From the NCBI GenBank assembly GCA_965637545.1, contig OZ281494.1:16802001-16866000 (forward strand): DNA of 64,000 bases, given 5' to 3'. Under the pieces are notes generated by a model. That model was given only the letters and a program-made list of their open reading frames with translations, was not told the origin of the DNA and searched no databases. The DNA is from Phallusia mammillata. Lineage: Eukaryota. The first letter of the stretch is position 1, and each line of letters starts with the position of its first letter. Positions 25,901-38,894 of the stretch are shown one piece after another. A program made the translations under genes and the position numbers.

Positions 25901-28900
25901 ATTCATTAGACACGCCGTTCCCATTTACCGTGTGGCTCGACCATGTGTAAAGCAGATGGTTCGGGACTCACAGGCCGCGACCTTTATGGTCCAGTGGTGA
26001 GAGCGTCGGATGTGATGGGAAAGTAACCGTCAAGAAATAAAAACGCACATGTTGTGGGGGAGGATTGACACGGTAGTTCGGAGTAGAGTGGTGTGAAACA
26101 TAAGTTTCGGTGGACCAAATCATAACCACCAATTCGCTGTTTCGGTGATGTTTTGGCTTTGACCCGCACTTTTTTAACTCCACACACAAAAAATAAGTTA
26201 CAAAACATAGCAGTATTTTATTGCCTTTACGAAATATCAGCAATGATTACGCTAAAGTATTTTAAAGATAGTTCAAAAAGTTTTCGAATTGAACGAGTTT
26301 ACTTGCAAAAGTTTCAATTTTTTATATGCAAGAAAAAATTGTTTGAACTTGCCCTTTACACCAAATACTGTACTATTTTGAGCATTACCTTTTGCGACGA
26401 TATACATCGTTAGGTAACAAACATTACTGCGAAACCGGCGGACATAATGAACCACATCCCCAGTTTACTAAGTTTTTATCCTATCAAGATTGTACATAAA
26501 CAAGTCTTGCTTTCGCGCGACGCAAAACGTACGAAATTTAATTTAAAGTGTGAAAATTTCAGAACATTCTTATTTTGGGTGACGGCTTACATATGGCAAC
26601 GGCGCTGATGTATGAGAGCGATAAGACGGCATTAATTTGTTAATCACAACGGTCAGTCTCTCTGAAATTCGCCATTAGTGAGATGGTCGGATTGAATGTC
26701 TGTTTTAGGGGCAATGAAGTGCAACTAAATGGAAATCGATGTATTGAGGGCAAGTAACAAACCACTCAGTCGAACAAAAACCAAAAGTCGATATTTGGCA
26801 TTTACACTCCACTAGACTTTCAATATGCAACAAAACTCAAGTGAAGGTTTCAAAAAAGTGTGTGATATTGAGAAGTAACACGCGGTATTCAGTTTTTATC
26901 CAAACGCTGCCTTCCAATGCCCTCTTAATGGGGTCACCCATGTTTACAGCTGTTTGCTGTAACATGGGTACCAGGCGACCGAAAAGTTTGCTTAGACAAG
27001 TGAGATTCAATTGCGAAGTAGCAACAAATAGAAAAATCAATCAATGGCTAAATGGCCGTTGACAAGTGCAGCTGATCAAAATTCCATGGAATACATAACA
27101 TTTTTTTCAAATTAGCGTAGCCTACCAACTACTGGGTTATCGCTGGTCCTACCTACCAACGCAAGCGGAAATAGGTTGAGACACATAAAAATAGTCGCAA
27201 ATAAATTGTTACACAACTTTCAGTAAACTCGTCTGGATCTTCAGTGTACACCACACGGACGCAACTGAGTTACGTCATAACATTTAGGAGAAAGGGGGGT
27301 CACGGGACAACGTCACTCACAACTTGTGACGTACGCAGGCCGTCGGCGTTAGCACACAGCCTGCACGCACACAAGCATAGGAGCTAGAAGTGAAAGCGAC
27401 AAGACGTTGGTGTAAGGGCCAAAGTGTTTAAAGTTCCTTTGGAAGAGCGACGGGGAGTAGCGCCGAGGTGTCGTGTTTGTGTTTCGCACAAGCGGTGGAC
27501 GTCTACTGGTGTTTTGTTTGCACCACTTTACTCTGCTTGGTGCTTCAAGCTGATATTTCCAATCACAGCACAGTCAAAAAAGCGTCAGTCAAAAGCCCAA
27601 TCGTGTGGTACGATGAAATAAAAATCGATGATTAACCGATGATACATCCCATGAATAAACCAAGCTAATAATAACTACCAATATATGTATCTTTGTACTC
27701 ATTGACTTTTTTCTGAAACAACGAATATTCTTTTTTTCGCCGTAACGCCACCACTATTTTAAATGCCGGTCAAACGTGAGTTGGCCAAAGGCTACGAAGT
27801 TTTGTCACCAACTAAACGTGTTGCCGATTTTCTTGTCTGTGCATATTGCCCTCAATTATATGCAAATTTGTGGGTTAAACGCGTTTCACATCGCCCTGTT
27901 GACTGACAAGTAAACTTCGCAAATCTATCCCGGGATATTCTTGAATATTATGCTGACGTTTGGAACTTGATAGTCCTGAACCGAAGCAAACACGCCCAGT
28001 GGGATGGGTTGCACACACTACCCAAATGTTCAACCAGAAAACTCTGCCTGTAAAAGCTATCTATACTTTATGTTGGGTAACAAACTAAACAAAAATTGTA
28101 TGAGACAAAAGCATTCTGTGGTCTGACAAACCACTGGAAAAATAGTTCTGTACCCCGGGTTTACTTTTCGTACAAACACAGATTGGCTTGAAAACTTCAC
28201 CTACGTAATGGTGTTTCCCAACGCAATTTTAGACAGGGCACTTTGGAGGAGTAGGGTTTCGGGCAGTACAATCGTTTCCTCTGTTATGACTGTCGGAAGT
28301 TTATCCCCTTGCGTTGTTCAATACAGGTGCGATGAAGCGGTTCAAGCGTCAGTTGCTATGTGAAGTGGAAATTCCACAACCATGACATTTTGAAGCTTGT
28401 AAAACACCTCTGTATCTCATTCCAATCTTGTCTCATTTTGCACTGGCTAACGTGCTGCTACGCTTTATGCCAGGATGTTAAACAACACCAAGTGACTTTG
28501 CAATTTTGAAAATCTTTACAAACTATAACGTAGTCACGGTTGAGGTTGATCGCTTCACTGGCACTGTAAGCCCTATAACTTTTAGGATCGTTGCATAAAG
28601 CCAGTCGAATCGTTGACGATACGCCTTGGCAATAACGTCCCACTAGTTGTGTCCAAAAGCCAGCAATCACTTCAGCTACGTTTCTTGTAAACGAGCGGTG
28701 TTTGTCCGGAAGGGTACAACACGTTTATTTTTCCCGACTTTAAAATGAAAATATTGACTGTCCAGAATTTTGCACACACCAGCAACAGAGTGTGGGTAAA
28801 TGTTTACATGTAAATTATTTAGGCATATTATAGCCACTAGCACCAAGTTGACTTTTCCAAAAAGCAAAAAAGTAACAGGAGCCACAAATATAACACAACT

Positions 28901-30660
28901 ATTCTGTGTTTGATAGAATTTTGTTGCAAGCAGTGGTCATGCTCTGACACAAAGTAAAAGAATGTCGGGCAGATCTAATAATGCCCTAAAGCCATTATTT
29001 TCTCACCAGAGATGAAAAAAACCTGGCAATTTTGATATGCACACATTAAAGCAATACATTATCACCCCATTTCCTGCTACATATAGATTCAAACCAACCT
29101 TTATAACAAGTGTGCGACCATATTGTAATATGAATACAAGAGTTGTTTACTGAAAGTCAGAGCAGAAGAAATGGCACCACCCACTCTAAAATGCCAAGAC
29201 TGATAACCAGACATGGTTTAACTGTTTACTTTGCGAAACTGGGATGTAGTCATGATGTGCATTCTACAGCTAAACATCTGAGTACATATAATGTTAAGTT
29301 TACATTTACACAAGAGTTCGTGCCGCTGTAAATGGCATGTGAGTGTGTGCACTTAGAAATTCAAATATCACTGTGAGAGTAATTGTAAGTACATTAGCTA
29401 AAAGTAATTTCTCAGATCACACCCTAAAACTGCTGTGCGTGTATGTGACAACTTTCAAATGTAGTTTTGCATATTGTTGGTTTACATACATAATAATGGA
29501 CCTACCTGAAACATATCTGTGTCTGGATCTTCGACATAGGGTACAACAACAACACTTCTAGGTAAGGTATATGAAACACTATGATGGTCTTTCCGATTAA
29601 ACGCCTGCAAACACAAAGATGCATAATAGAGTATTTTGATTGATAAAAAAATGATCAAACCAAAACCAGGCTTTGCAAACAACTACTATGCTTATAAAAT
29701 GTCAGAATGCACACCATTTTCAATTTAGCAAAAATAACACAACAAAATCAAGTGTATGTTGCATTAAATATTTATAGCATTGCAATCAATATGACAGCAA
29801 GATGGTGTTCAGGGCCCTTCATTTTACTGACAGTACAAAACAGTGTGGTTTTTTACCATGATAAAAACATTATATATACAATATTAAAGAAATGTACACT
29901 TAAAAAAATATACACTAAAAAAATGAATAAAATAGTCAAACATAATCAAATTCAAGTAACCTCCGAATGTGATGCTTTTGGTAAAACTTGGTGCTGCTCA
30001 GATGGTTTTACACCATTTGGTTTTTTTCTTCTTCTTAACGTAAAACAACTTCTTCTTCGTCCTTTGTCACCACCAGGAAGAGTTCCATTTGTTCTACAAA
30101 ACAAAAAAAGTTAAAGTATGTTCTCATCATATTGACATACAAGTCAAGCAAAAGCATTTTAGATGAACAAACTATATTATGTTTACAAGGCAATTGATAA
30201 ACACCAATCACACAAAACTCGCAATATAGTTCAGCATGAGTTATCCAGACCACCAAAGGTAGATCGTGGAAAGTTATTCATTTCTGTACTTGTCTTATGT
30301 ATCTGATACGATAAAGATAAAATATGTTGTATACTGTCTAGAGATATTAATCAACAAAACGTTTGTGCATAAGTAACATATTCATGACTCAAAACATCAA
30401 CATCTGGTAAAAGAAGTTAGAATGTAAATGTACCCTAAAACAATAAGTTGTCCATATATTATTTCATCGTCACAAGAGTTTTGGTTGATCAGTTTGCTTG
30501 ATCCTTGATTGTGCAAGTCACAGTTTGTATTCCGATATTGGGAAAAGGACGGCAAATCATCTGATGTTGCTGGTATTCCTGATACTTGTACATCCATGGG
30601 TACAGGGCCAGGCAATTTGCTGGCAGCTGGCATAGAAACTTCCATCTTCTCTGACTTCAT
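19905..30660 (-). CDS. PELI: E3 ubiquitin ligase Pellino (FHA core plus RING-like C-terminus), 10 exons, about 473 aa
   Basis: Phase-consistent exons 30660-30434, 30093-29961, 29604-29506, 24342-24230, 23901-23808, 23328-23131, 22455-22357, 20866-20651, 20340-20225 and 20031-19905. They encode YGQLIVLG, DTDMFQIGRS, ISRFACRI, MDGLTTNGVL, GTLIDLCGATLLWR, RPQCPVG, QPWVYVECGHVHG, CPLCR, PCGHVCS, ACPFCA and QQPVD*. Confidence 0.98.
21132..21678. mobile_element. hAT-type MITE in Pellino intron
   Basis: TIR cagtgcttcccaacc...ggttgggaagcgctg; exact TSD gggtaggg (21124-21131, 21679-21686). Confidence 0.9.
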
Positions 30661-31108
30661 TAAGTTGCTTTGTCACAGTCAGCGGAGTGGAGCAAAAAAC
30701 AAACGAACTAAACTGACACCTTAGCACCTTATTTTTCAGATTAAAGTTAACACTGCGTAAAATTGTGAAAATGATTTAGCTGTGATAACAACCTGAACAA
30801 TGAACATTAATACTATAATTTTTAACCGAAAACAAACACCCTGCATTTACTGCGAAAGTTGTCTGTTAAGTCATAACTGTGCTGGACGGCAATCTAGTGT
30901 TAAACGACACCTTTCGATTCTTGCGAATCCCTGTTAGGTACTTTTGTTCCCGAAGTGCACAAACAATCAAAAAACCCACGCCACGCCGAAAGAGTTTTAT
31001 TGGTGACAGGCGAACTGACGTCTGTTGATGTTGTGGCCTGGTCTGATTTCGTCGTTCACCCGCCTCATGTGGCAGAAAAACGATGAACCGATTCACTTTG
31101 ACCTAAAC

Positions 31109-31399
31109 CAGTGGTTCCCAACCAGGGCCCATGGCCCCCCACTAAAAGTCATTTTCACTTTAACTTTATTCCCGAATTTAATCGACGATTTCACATACTA
31201 TTTGTTTATAGTGAGGTTTATCACTCTCATTTACTCCATTAGATCTGTTTAAGGCCAAAATTAATACAACATGCTAACGCGAGATTGCTATCTACATTTT
31301 AAGGGGGCCACAGGTCCTAAAAGTTAACTTGAAGGGGGCCACGAGGCCAAAACGTTACTTTAAGGGGGCCCATGGTCCACAAAAGGTTGGGAACCACTG
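31109..31399. mobile_element. hAT-type MITE upstream of Pellino
   Basis: Perfect TIR cagtggttcccaacc...ggttgggaaccactg; exact TSD acctaaac (31101-31108, 31400-31407); subterminal aagggggcc repeats. Confidence 0.92.
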
Positions 31400-32723
31400 A
31401 CCTAAACAAGAACGCAAACACATGTCAAGTTTTGCATGCAGAATTTCTCCGATCGAAAAACTTTAAAGCCATTTGTGCATTTTAATTTAATTCCAATTTT
31501 TCTCGTTTTCTGAGTAATGTAAAAACCACAAGGACCGCAAGTTGTAAAGGTTTGGTTTGATTTAACAAACTCACCTTTTTGCCCATGGTATTTGTCTTTC
31601 CTAATGGGAAAATACAGCGTAACAAATTCGTACATAGACGCGGGTTGTCACCAATTCCTTTTTGCTTGCATAAACAATTCCGTTTTTTAAGTAAAATCAT
31701 CCCAAATCATTGTTAAGTAGATCCAAGTTTAAAAAAATGACCCAGTAAGCGACACGTTGTTTACCAACAGGGTTGCCAGATAAAAAATGATGAAAGGTGC
31801 CAAAAACTAAAAAAGCGCCAACCACAACAAAAAAGAGCCAAACAAAAAACGTTTAACGCCAAAAATACCGCCAACCATTTTTTACAAAACTAGCAGGAGA
31901 ACGTAGCCTATATTATACAGTTGTATAAGTCACTTTATTAGCCGAGCTGTACAAATTTGGTAAGTAGAAAAAATTGGTTTGGATGAGCGGGAACATTTGC
32001 CTGTGTAGTGTGTAGCCTACCGTAACAAATTACTGGAAACTATTTCCCGGGCCAGTACTGGAATAGAACTATAAGTTCCAAAACCAACATTACCTGAATG
32101 TAAAATGTTGTGTTGTTTAATTTCATTAACAAATATTTACAAAAGTATTATATGGTGCCCCATGAAATCAAAACAAACTATTGGCGATTGTAAGTTTAGC
32201 CGAAAACAACAGTACGTACCTATTGCCTATGCAGGAGACGGGCATGCGAGCGTTTTTTGCACAATGTGCTCGAAAATGTGCAGGTCGAAATGTGCGCACA
32301 TTTTTCGAAAATGTGCAGGTGCCAAAATGTGCAGGTCAAAATGTGCGCACATTTTTTGAAAATGTGCAGGTGCCAAAATGTGCAGGTCAAAATGTGCGCA
32401 CATTTTTTGAAAATGTGCAGGTGCCAAAATGTGCAGGTCAAAATGTGCAGGTGCCAAAATGTGCAGGTCAAAATGTGCAGGTGCCGAAATGTGCAAGTCA
32501 TAATGTGCAGGTGCCAAAATGTGCAGGTCAAAATGTGCAGGTGCCGAAATGTGCAAGTCATAATGTGCAGGTGCCAAAATGTGCAGTCGCTCAAATGAAG
32601 TATTGATATTTAACGTCAAACTATTGTTGTGGTCATAAATTGTGCCAAAAATATTAGTTATAAGTTATGACCTATAAATTAAAATCGGATTTAAGAGAAA
32701 CTTGTAAAAATGCGTGTTGTGTT

Positions 32724-35700
32724 TGTTAGATATGGCAAAGCGTGAAATTATCTAGCATTCAGGAAATAGGAAACACTGTTTTTCAGACTAGATATGTACA
32801 CGATCGTCACCTCAATCGGTTTGACTTTATTGTTTTTAATTTAAGGCCTGTTAGCTTGTAGCCTGCCCAGCTTCTATAGATTTTACAATTAGACAATAGT
32901 ATACTCATATGACAGTCCAGCTATTGTTTCCGTCACGCTTGATTAACACTACACGCTTGTCGGATGCTTGCATTGAGTTTGGTGCTTTAAGAGCAAGCAA
33001 ATGACAAAGCTGGGCTTGTATGGTCAGATTTATGCATCTACCCTGTATAATGTTACTACGTGGTTGTGATTGTGCTGTTGGAGAGTATTTAATGTACGTT
33101 TTATCTTTTTAGTACTTCTTTAAACGCTTTCAAGTGATTTTACCTAACATATTAAAGGGTGCATAAAGTTTATTACTAATTGATTTAAAGTCTGGTAAAA
33201 ATAGAACTTTCCTAACTGGCTGTATCTTTGAACTGATGTTCAACGACTTTGGCCTCGACCAGGAACTCTGGACAGACGAAAGGTCAAGCTTGAACAAAGA
33301 TCATGTTTTTTTCCAAAGTTACTCATTTTAAACTGTCAACAAAGGGTAATTTGAAGAAAAATTCAAGGCACCAAAACAATTGCTAGACATCATAACCACC
33401 AAGGAAACTGGTGCAGAAAACACAAGTCAAATTGCTATGATAAGTAACAAAGAGTTAAACACAACAGAGTATTTATGAGGATATGTTTTTTCAAGGCAAA
33501 AAACTAGTTTACGGAAGTTATCAAAATTGTCAGCATGTTGTCAACCATGCGACCACAGGGCCAGCTGATTTCTTTAGTGGAGCCAAAGTCTGGAGGTCTC
33601 GCTTATCCTTTTATGAGTTACTGCAACTTTTACAAAGTGCGTAAATGCCTGACAGGATGTTTACGGCCAGCCAACAAGCTAGATTTTTACTGCATTGCAA
33701 AAGTTACACTGATCCTCACAGAGTTTCCAAAAAAGACATATGTGAAATTCTAGAAGTTGCTGGACTACCATATGAGTATACTGTTATTAAACTCAAAACC
33801 AAGTCAAAGACCCAGCTGTCCAGTGATTTTTATTCAATGAAACAAATGAATTATTAGAAAGTTTTCCATCCTTTGGGTTATACTGCACAATTGACAAAAG
33901 GACTATATATGTGTCTTTGGAAGAAACTCAAATGACAACATTCAAAAAGAAAAGGACAACCACACAGTTGCCCAACTTAATGTTTGACATTTTTTATTTG
34001 TTTGAGGCTCATTTACATGACATAACTTGGTATATGGGTATTTAATTAGGTTAGTTTTGAAACCCACACAAATACTTGATGTGATGCCCTAATTTTAAGT
34101 TTGCTAAAACATTCATGTTATTGCTTCTGACTTGCTATTGTGTGGACCAGATGGCTAAAAAGACCTACTGTAGGAATATCATAATACACCAAAATATCAT
34201 TAGATGCTTTTGCAAAATTTGTAATTGTTTCCTGACTAATATACAGAAACTAGATGATTGCCATTATGAACGAAAAAGGTGTATGTTTCATGTGGGATTG
34301 CAAATAAATAAACAAACTAAATCTGGCGTGAACAATTAGAGAGATAAAGAGACTGAAACAGCCAGAAAGAATATTAGGATAGGGAAAATATTTTTTTGAG
34401 ACCGCTGTGGGCATTCTGTATTATATTTTTGGTAAAAAATATGTACAATGGTAACAAAACGGGTTTAGAAAAGGATAATACTGAGATGTCATGAAAAAAA
34501 TGATGGATGTGCAATGCAAAAGTATAAGTTCTCACCATTTATATAGGCATCAGTTATTTACCACTGCATTTGTTTGAAACCACATTGTATTTTCAGTTAT
34601 TTTTGCCCTGAAGGGTCATATTCTGTTCAGTTAAAAAACTTAATCCACTGCATTTAACAAGAAAAATAACATACCTATATAAGTTAATTGATTTGCACAG
34701 AACACTATTTAAAATAAAAATGCAGGGAAAGATATATAATAATTATGTAATTGGGACAAAAAATTGTTTGTGTGAAAGGGACAGAAAGACTTTTTTAGTA
34801 TGAAAGGGAGAAATTTTGGCACCTGCACATTTTGACCTGCACATTTTGACCTGCACATTTTAACCTACACATTTTGACCTGCACATTTTGGCACCTGCAC
34901 ATTTTTACCTGCACATTTTGACCTGCACATTTTGGCACCTGCACATTTTGACCTGCANNNNNNNNNNNNNNNNNNNNNNNNNNNNNNNNNNNNNNNNNNN
35001 NNNNNNNNNNNNNNNNNNNNNNNNNNNNNNNNNNNNNNNNNNNNNNNNNNNNNNNNNNNNNNNNNNNNNNNNNNNNNNNNNNNNNNNNNNNNNNNNNNNN
35101 NNNNNNNNNNNNNNNNNNNNNNNNNNNNNNNNNNNNNNNNNNNNNNNNNNNNNNNNNTGTTAGATATGGCAAAGCGTGAAATTATCTAGCATTCAGGAAA
35201 TAGGAAACACTGTTTTTCAGACTAGATATGTACACGATCGTCACCTCAATCGGTTTGACTTTATTGTTTTTAATTTAAGGCCTGTTAGCTTGTAGCCTGC
35301 CCAGCTTCTATAGATTTTACAATTAGACAATAGTATACTCATATGACAGTCCAGCTATTGTTTCCGTCACGCTTGATTAACACTACACGCTTGTCGGATG
35401 CTTGCATTGAGTTTGGTGCTTTAAGAGCAAGCAAATGACAAAGCTGGGCTTGTATGGTCAGATTTATGCATCTACCCTGTATAATGTTACTACGTGGTTG
35501 TGATTGTGCTGTTGGAGAGTATTTAATGTACGTTTTATCTTTTTAGTACTTCTTTAAACGCTTTCAAGTGATTTTACCTAACATATTAAAGGGTGCATAA
35601 AGTTTATTACTAATTGATTTAAAGTCTGGTAAAAATAGAACTTTCCTAACTGGCTGTATCTTTGAACTGATGTTCAACGACTTTGGCCTCGACCAGGAAC

Positions 35701-37400
35701 TCTGGACAGACGAAAGGTCAAGCTTGAACAAAGATCATGTTTTTTTCCAAAGTTACTCATTTTAAACTGTCAACAAAGGGTAATTTGAAGAAAAATTCAA
35801 GGCACCAAAACAATTGCTAGACATCATAACCACCAAGGAAACTGGTGCAGAAAACACAAGTCAAATTGCTATGATAAGTAACAAAGAGTTAAACACAACA
35901 GAGTATTTATGAGGATATGTTTTTTCAAGGCAAAAAACTAGTTTACGGAAGTTATCAAAATTGTCAGCATGTTGTCAACCATGCGACCACAGGGCCAGCT
36001 GATTTCTTTAGTGGAGCCAAAGTCTGGAGGTCTCGCTTATCCTTTTATGAGTTACTGCAACTTTTACAAAGTGCGTAAATGCCTGACAGGATGTTTACGG
36101 CCAGCCAACAAGCTAGATTTTTACTGCATTGCAAAAGTTACACTGATCCTCACAGAGTTTCCAAAAAAGACATATGTGAAATTCTAGAAGTTGCTGGACT
36201 ACCATATGAGTATACTGTTATTAAACTCAAAACCAAGTCAAAGACCCAGCTGTCCAGTGATTTTTATTCAATGAAACAAATGAATTATTAGAAAGTTTTC
36301 CATCCTTTGGGTTATACTGCACAATTGACAAAAGGACTATATATGTGTCTTTGGAAGAAACTCAAATGACAACATTCAAAAAGAAAAGGACAACCACACA
36401 GTTGCCCAACTTAATGTTTGACATTTTTTATTTGTTTGAGGCTCATTTACATGACATAACTTGGTATATGGGTATTTAATTAGGTTAGTTTTGAAACCCA
36501 CACAAATACTTGATGTGATGCCCTAATTTTAAGTTTGCTAAAACATTCATGTTATTGCTTCTGACTTGCTATTGTGTGGACCAGATGGCTAAAAAGACCT
36601 ACTGTAGGAATATCATAATACACCAAAATATCATTAGATGCTTTTGCAAAATTTGTAATTGTTTCCTGACTAATATACAGAAACTAGATGATTGCCATTA
36701 TGAACGAAAAAGGTGTATGTTTCATGTGGGATTGCAAATAAATAAACAAACTAAATCTGGCGTGAACAATTAGAGAGATAAAGAGACTGAAACAGCCAGA
36801 AAGAATATTAGGATAGGGAAAATATTTTTTTGAGACCGCTGTGGGCATTCTGTATTATATTTTTGGTAAAAAATATGTACAATGGTAACAAAACGGGTTT
36901 AGAAAAGGATAATACTGAGATGTCATGAAAAAAATGATGGATGTGCAATGCAAAAGTATAAGTTCTCACCATTTATATAGGCATCAGTTATTTACCACTG
37001 CATTTGTTTGAAACCACATTGTATTTTCAGTTATTTTTGCCCTGAAGGGTCATATTCTGTTCAGTTAAAAAACTTAATCCACTGCATTTAACAAGAAAAA
37101 TAACATACCTATATAAGTTAATTGATTTGCACAGAACACTATTTAAAATAAAAATGCAGGGAAAGATATATAATAATTATGTAATTGGGACAAAAAATTG
37201 TTTGTGTGAAAGGGACAGAAAGACTTTTTTAGTATGAAAGGGAGAAATTTTGGCACCTGCACATTTTGACCTGCACATTTTGACCTGCACATTTTAACCT
37301 ACACATTTTGACCTGCACATTTTGGCACCTGCACATTTTTACCTGCACATTTTGACCTGCACATTTTGGCACCTGCACATTTTGACCTGCACATTTTGGC
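32724..37400 (+). repeat. Apparently identical 2.2-kb direct duplication (32724-34957 vs 35158-37391) separated by a 200-N gap at 34958-35157
   Basis: Constant offset of 2434; duplicated ORFs 33535/35969, 33645/36079 and 34115/36549 translate identically. Confidence 0.92.
33200..33860 (+). pseudogene. Degenerate P-element/THAP9-like transposase C-terminal fragment (identical copy at +2434)
   Basis: Across stops and frameshifts: FLT..ELMF, KLSTKGN, EYL*GYV, LSACCQPC, LISLVEPKSGGLAYP, ELLQLLQSA*..RMF. This order matches the P-transposase C-terminal YxxGYV..CxxC..LI..K.GGL..P motif series. Recognised by eye only. Confidence 0.5.
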
Positions 37401-38382
37401 ACCTGCACATTTTTACCTGCACATTTTGACCTGCACATTTTGGCACCTGCACATTTTGACCTGCACATTTTGGCACCTGCACATTTTGACCTGCACATTT
37501 TGGCACCTGCACATTTTCGAAAAATGTGCGCATATTTTAACCTGCACATTTTGGCACCTGCACATTTTGACCTGCACATTTTGGCACCTGCACATTTTCG
37601 AAAAATGTGCGCACATTTTAACCTGCACATTTTGGCACCTGCACATTTTCGAAAAATGTGCGCACATTTCGACCTGCACATTTTGGCGCACATTGTGCAA
37701 ATTCTTGCCGTAAGCCCTGTTGCTATGCAGGGGCCAAGGCTTTCTCTTTTCACTCGAACATTTACTTGGCGATTAAAAATCCACCCATTTACTGAACCTG
37801 ATTTTTTATAACGTAGTTATTAGGGTTTCAAGATCAAGATTGTTACTACCATATTTAGCGTAATACAATTTAGTGAAAGTAAAGTCCATGCAATATGCCA
37901 GATAACATTGGTTTGGCTTGAATTCTTACAATAGCTTAATTAGAAGTGGTTTTCCACTTTCATGCACTTTCGCTTACTGTGGTAAGCTGGTTTCAACTTT
38001 TAAATGACAATATTAAACATTAAAAACTTTTTAACTTCAATGCGACACTCACTGTATGTCACTCCCGACACAAACATTCGGATTCCCATCATATTTTCTA
38101 ATGTCCATTTAGAGACTACAATTGTATTTGTTGGCTAGACAGGAGCATTGATGACGTAGATATAGTCATTCAATGAAATATAACCTTAACCTGCGTTGTA
38201 AAAGCGCAGCTAGAGAATCTAACCTAGATTTTGTTGGGTCAAAAAGATTTGACAAACAATGCCAAAACCGCCAAATTTTACAAAAATTACGCCAGCTGCA
38301 ACTTTTGGTGCGAACCACTCTCAAAAAACGCCAATTTTGTGGAATTTGGCGACAAATCGGCCAAATTGGCAACCCTGTTTAC

Positions 38383-38894
38383 TAGAGGTGTACCGAATAT
38401 TCGGTTTGCCGAATTTATTCGGCCGAATCGATCATTTTTGCAAAGATTCGGTTTCGGCCGAATAATTTGTTGCGATTCGGCCGAAACCGAATATTTTACG
38501 AACACAAATTTAAAGCGTTAAACGTGTCTTTTCTGCTTATTAAGGTCCACGCAATCTTTCAAAAGCCCAAACATAACGAAAGTTGCGTCAATGTTTATCT
38601 TTTTCAACACATTATCGTTTTTCCCACGGTAGTCAAAAAAATTAGTAATTCATTGGCAGGTTGCCAATCATGCTTAAGGCAATTTTAAACACCACAGAAG
38701 TGAAATAAGGACGAAACACAACTATTTTGCACTGTCTGCCTGGTAGATAAACATTTTTTTCACGTCAAACGCGTAGCGTACGACTTCGCGTGACGTCATA
38801 AATGATTCGGTTGATTCGGCCGAATTTATTCGGCAAAACCTCCGAATATTCGGTTTCGGCCGAATCGAAATTTAGCCGATTCGGTACATCACTA
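38383..38894. mobile_element. hAT-type MITE inserted into the right end/TSD of the outer element
   Basis: TIR tagaggtgtaccgaat...attcggtacatcacta; exact TSD ctgtttac (38375-38382, 38895-38902); subterminal ttcggccgaa repeats. Confidence 0.9.

Larger units (their letters stand above)
32232..37719. mobile_element. Foldback element: long inverted arms of 14/16-bp tandem repeats around an internal region with a degenerate P-element-like transposase
   Basis: Left arm 32250-32590 has aaaatgtgcaggtc/aaaatgtgcaggtgcc units; the right arm (34810-34957 and 37250-37700) is the reverse complement. Outer ends match (tttgcacaatgtgc..aaaatgtgcaggtcgaaatgtgcgcacatttttcgaaaatgtgcagg). Flanks are ttgcctatg and ttgctatg. 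Confidence 0.8.
31768..38377. mobile_element. Outer hAT-type non-autonomous element hosting the foldback element
   Basis: TIR cagggttgcca (31768) ... tggcaaccctg (38377). Left flank is tttaccaa (31760-31767); the right flank also reads tttaccaa once the later insertion at 38383-38894 and one of its TSDs are removed. Confidence 0.8.

Noticed and set aside
32250-32590. Regular short repeats superficially like a CRISPR array
   Set aside because: There are no unique spacers and no cas genes, and the context is eukaryotic; this is a tandem minisatellite.
32105-32619. Long ORFs on both strands (NVQVPKCAGQ, APAHFDLHIL repeats), also at 37229-37811
   Set aside because: They are translations of the stop-free 14/16-bp satellite arms, not proteins.
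34795-35189. ORFs containing X runs
   Set aside because: They read through the 200-N gap.
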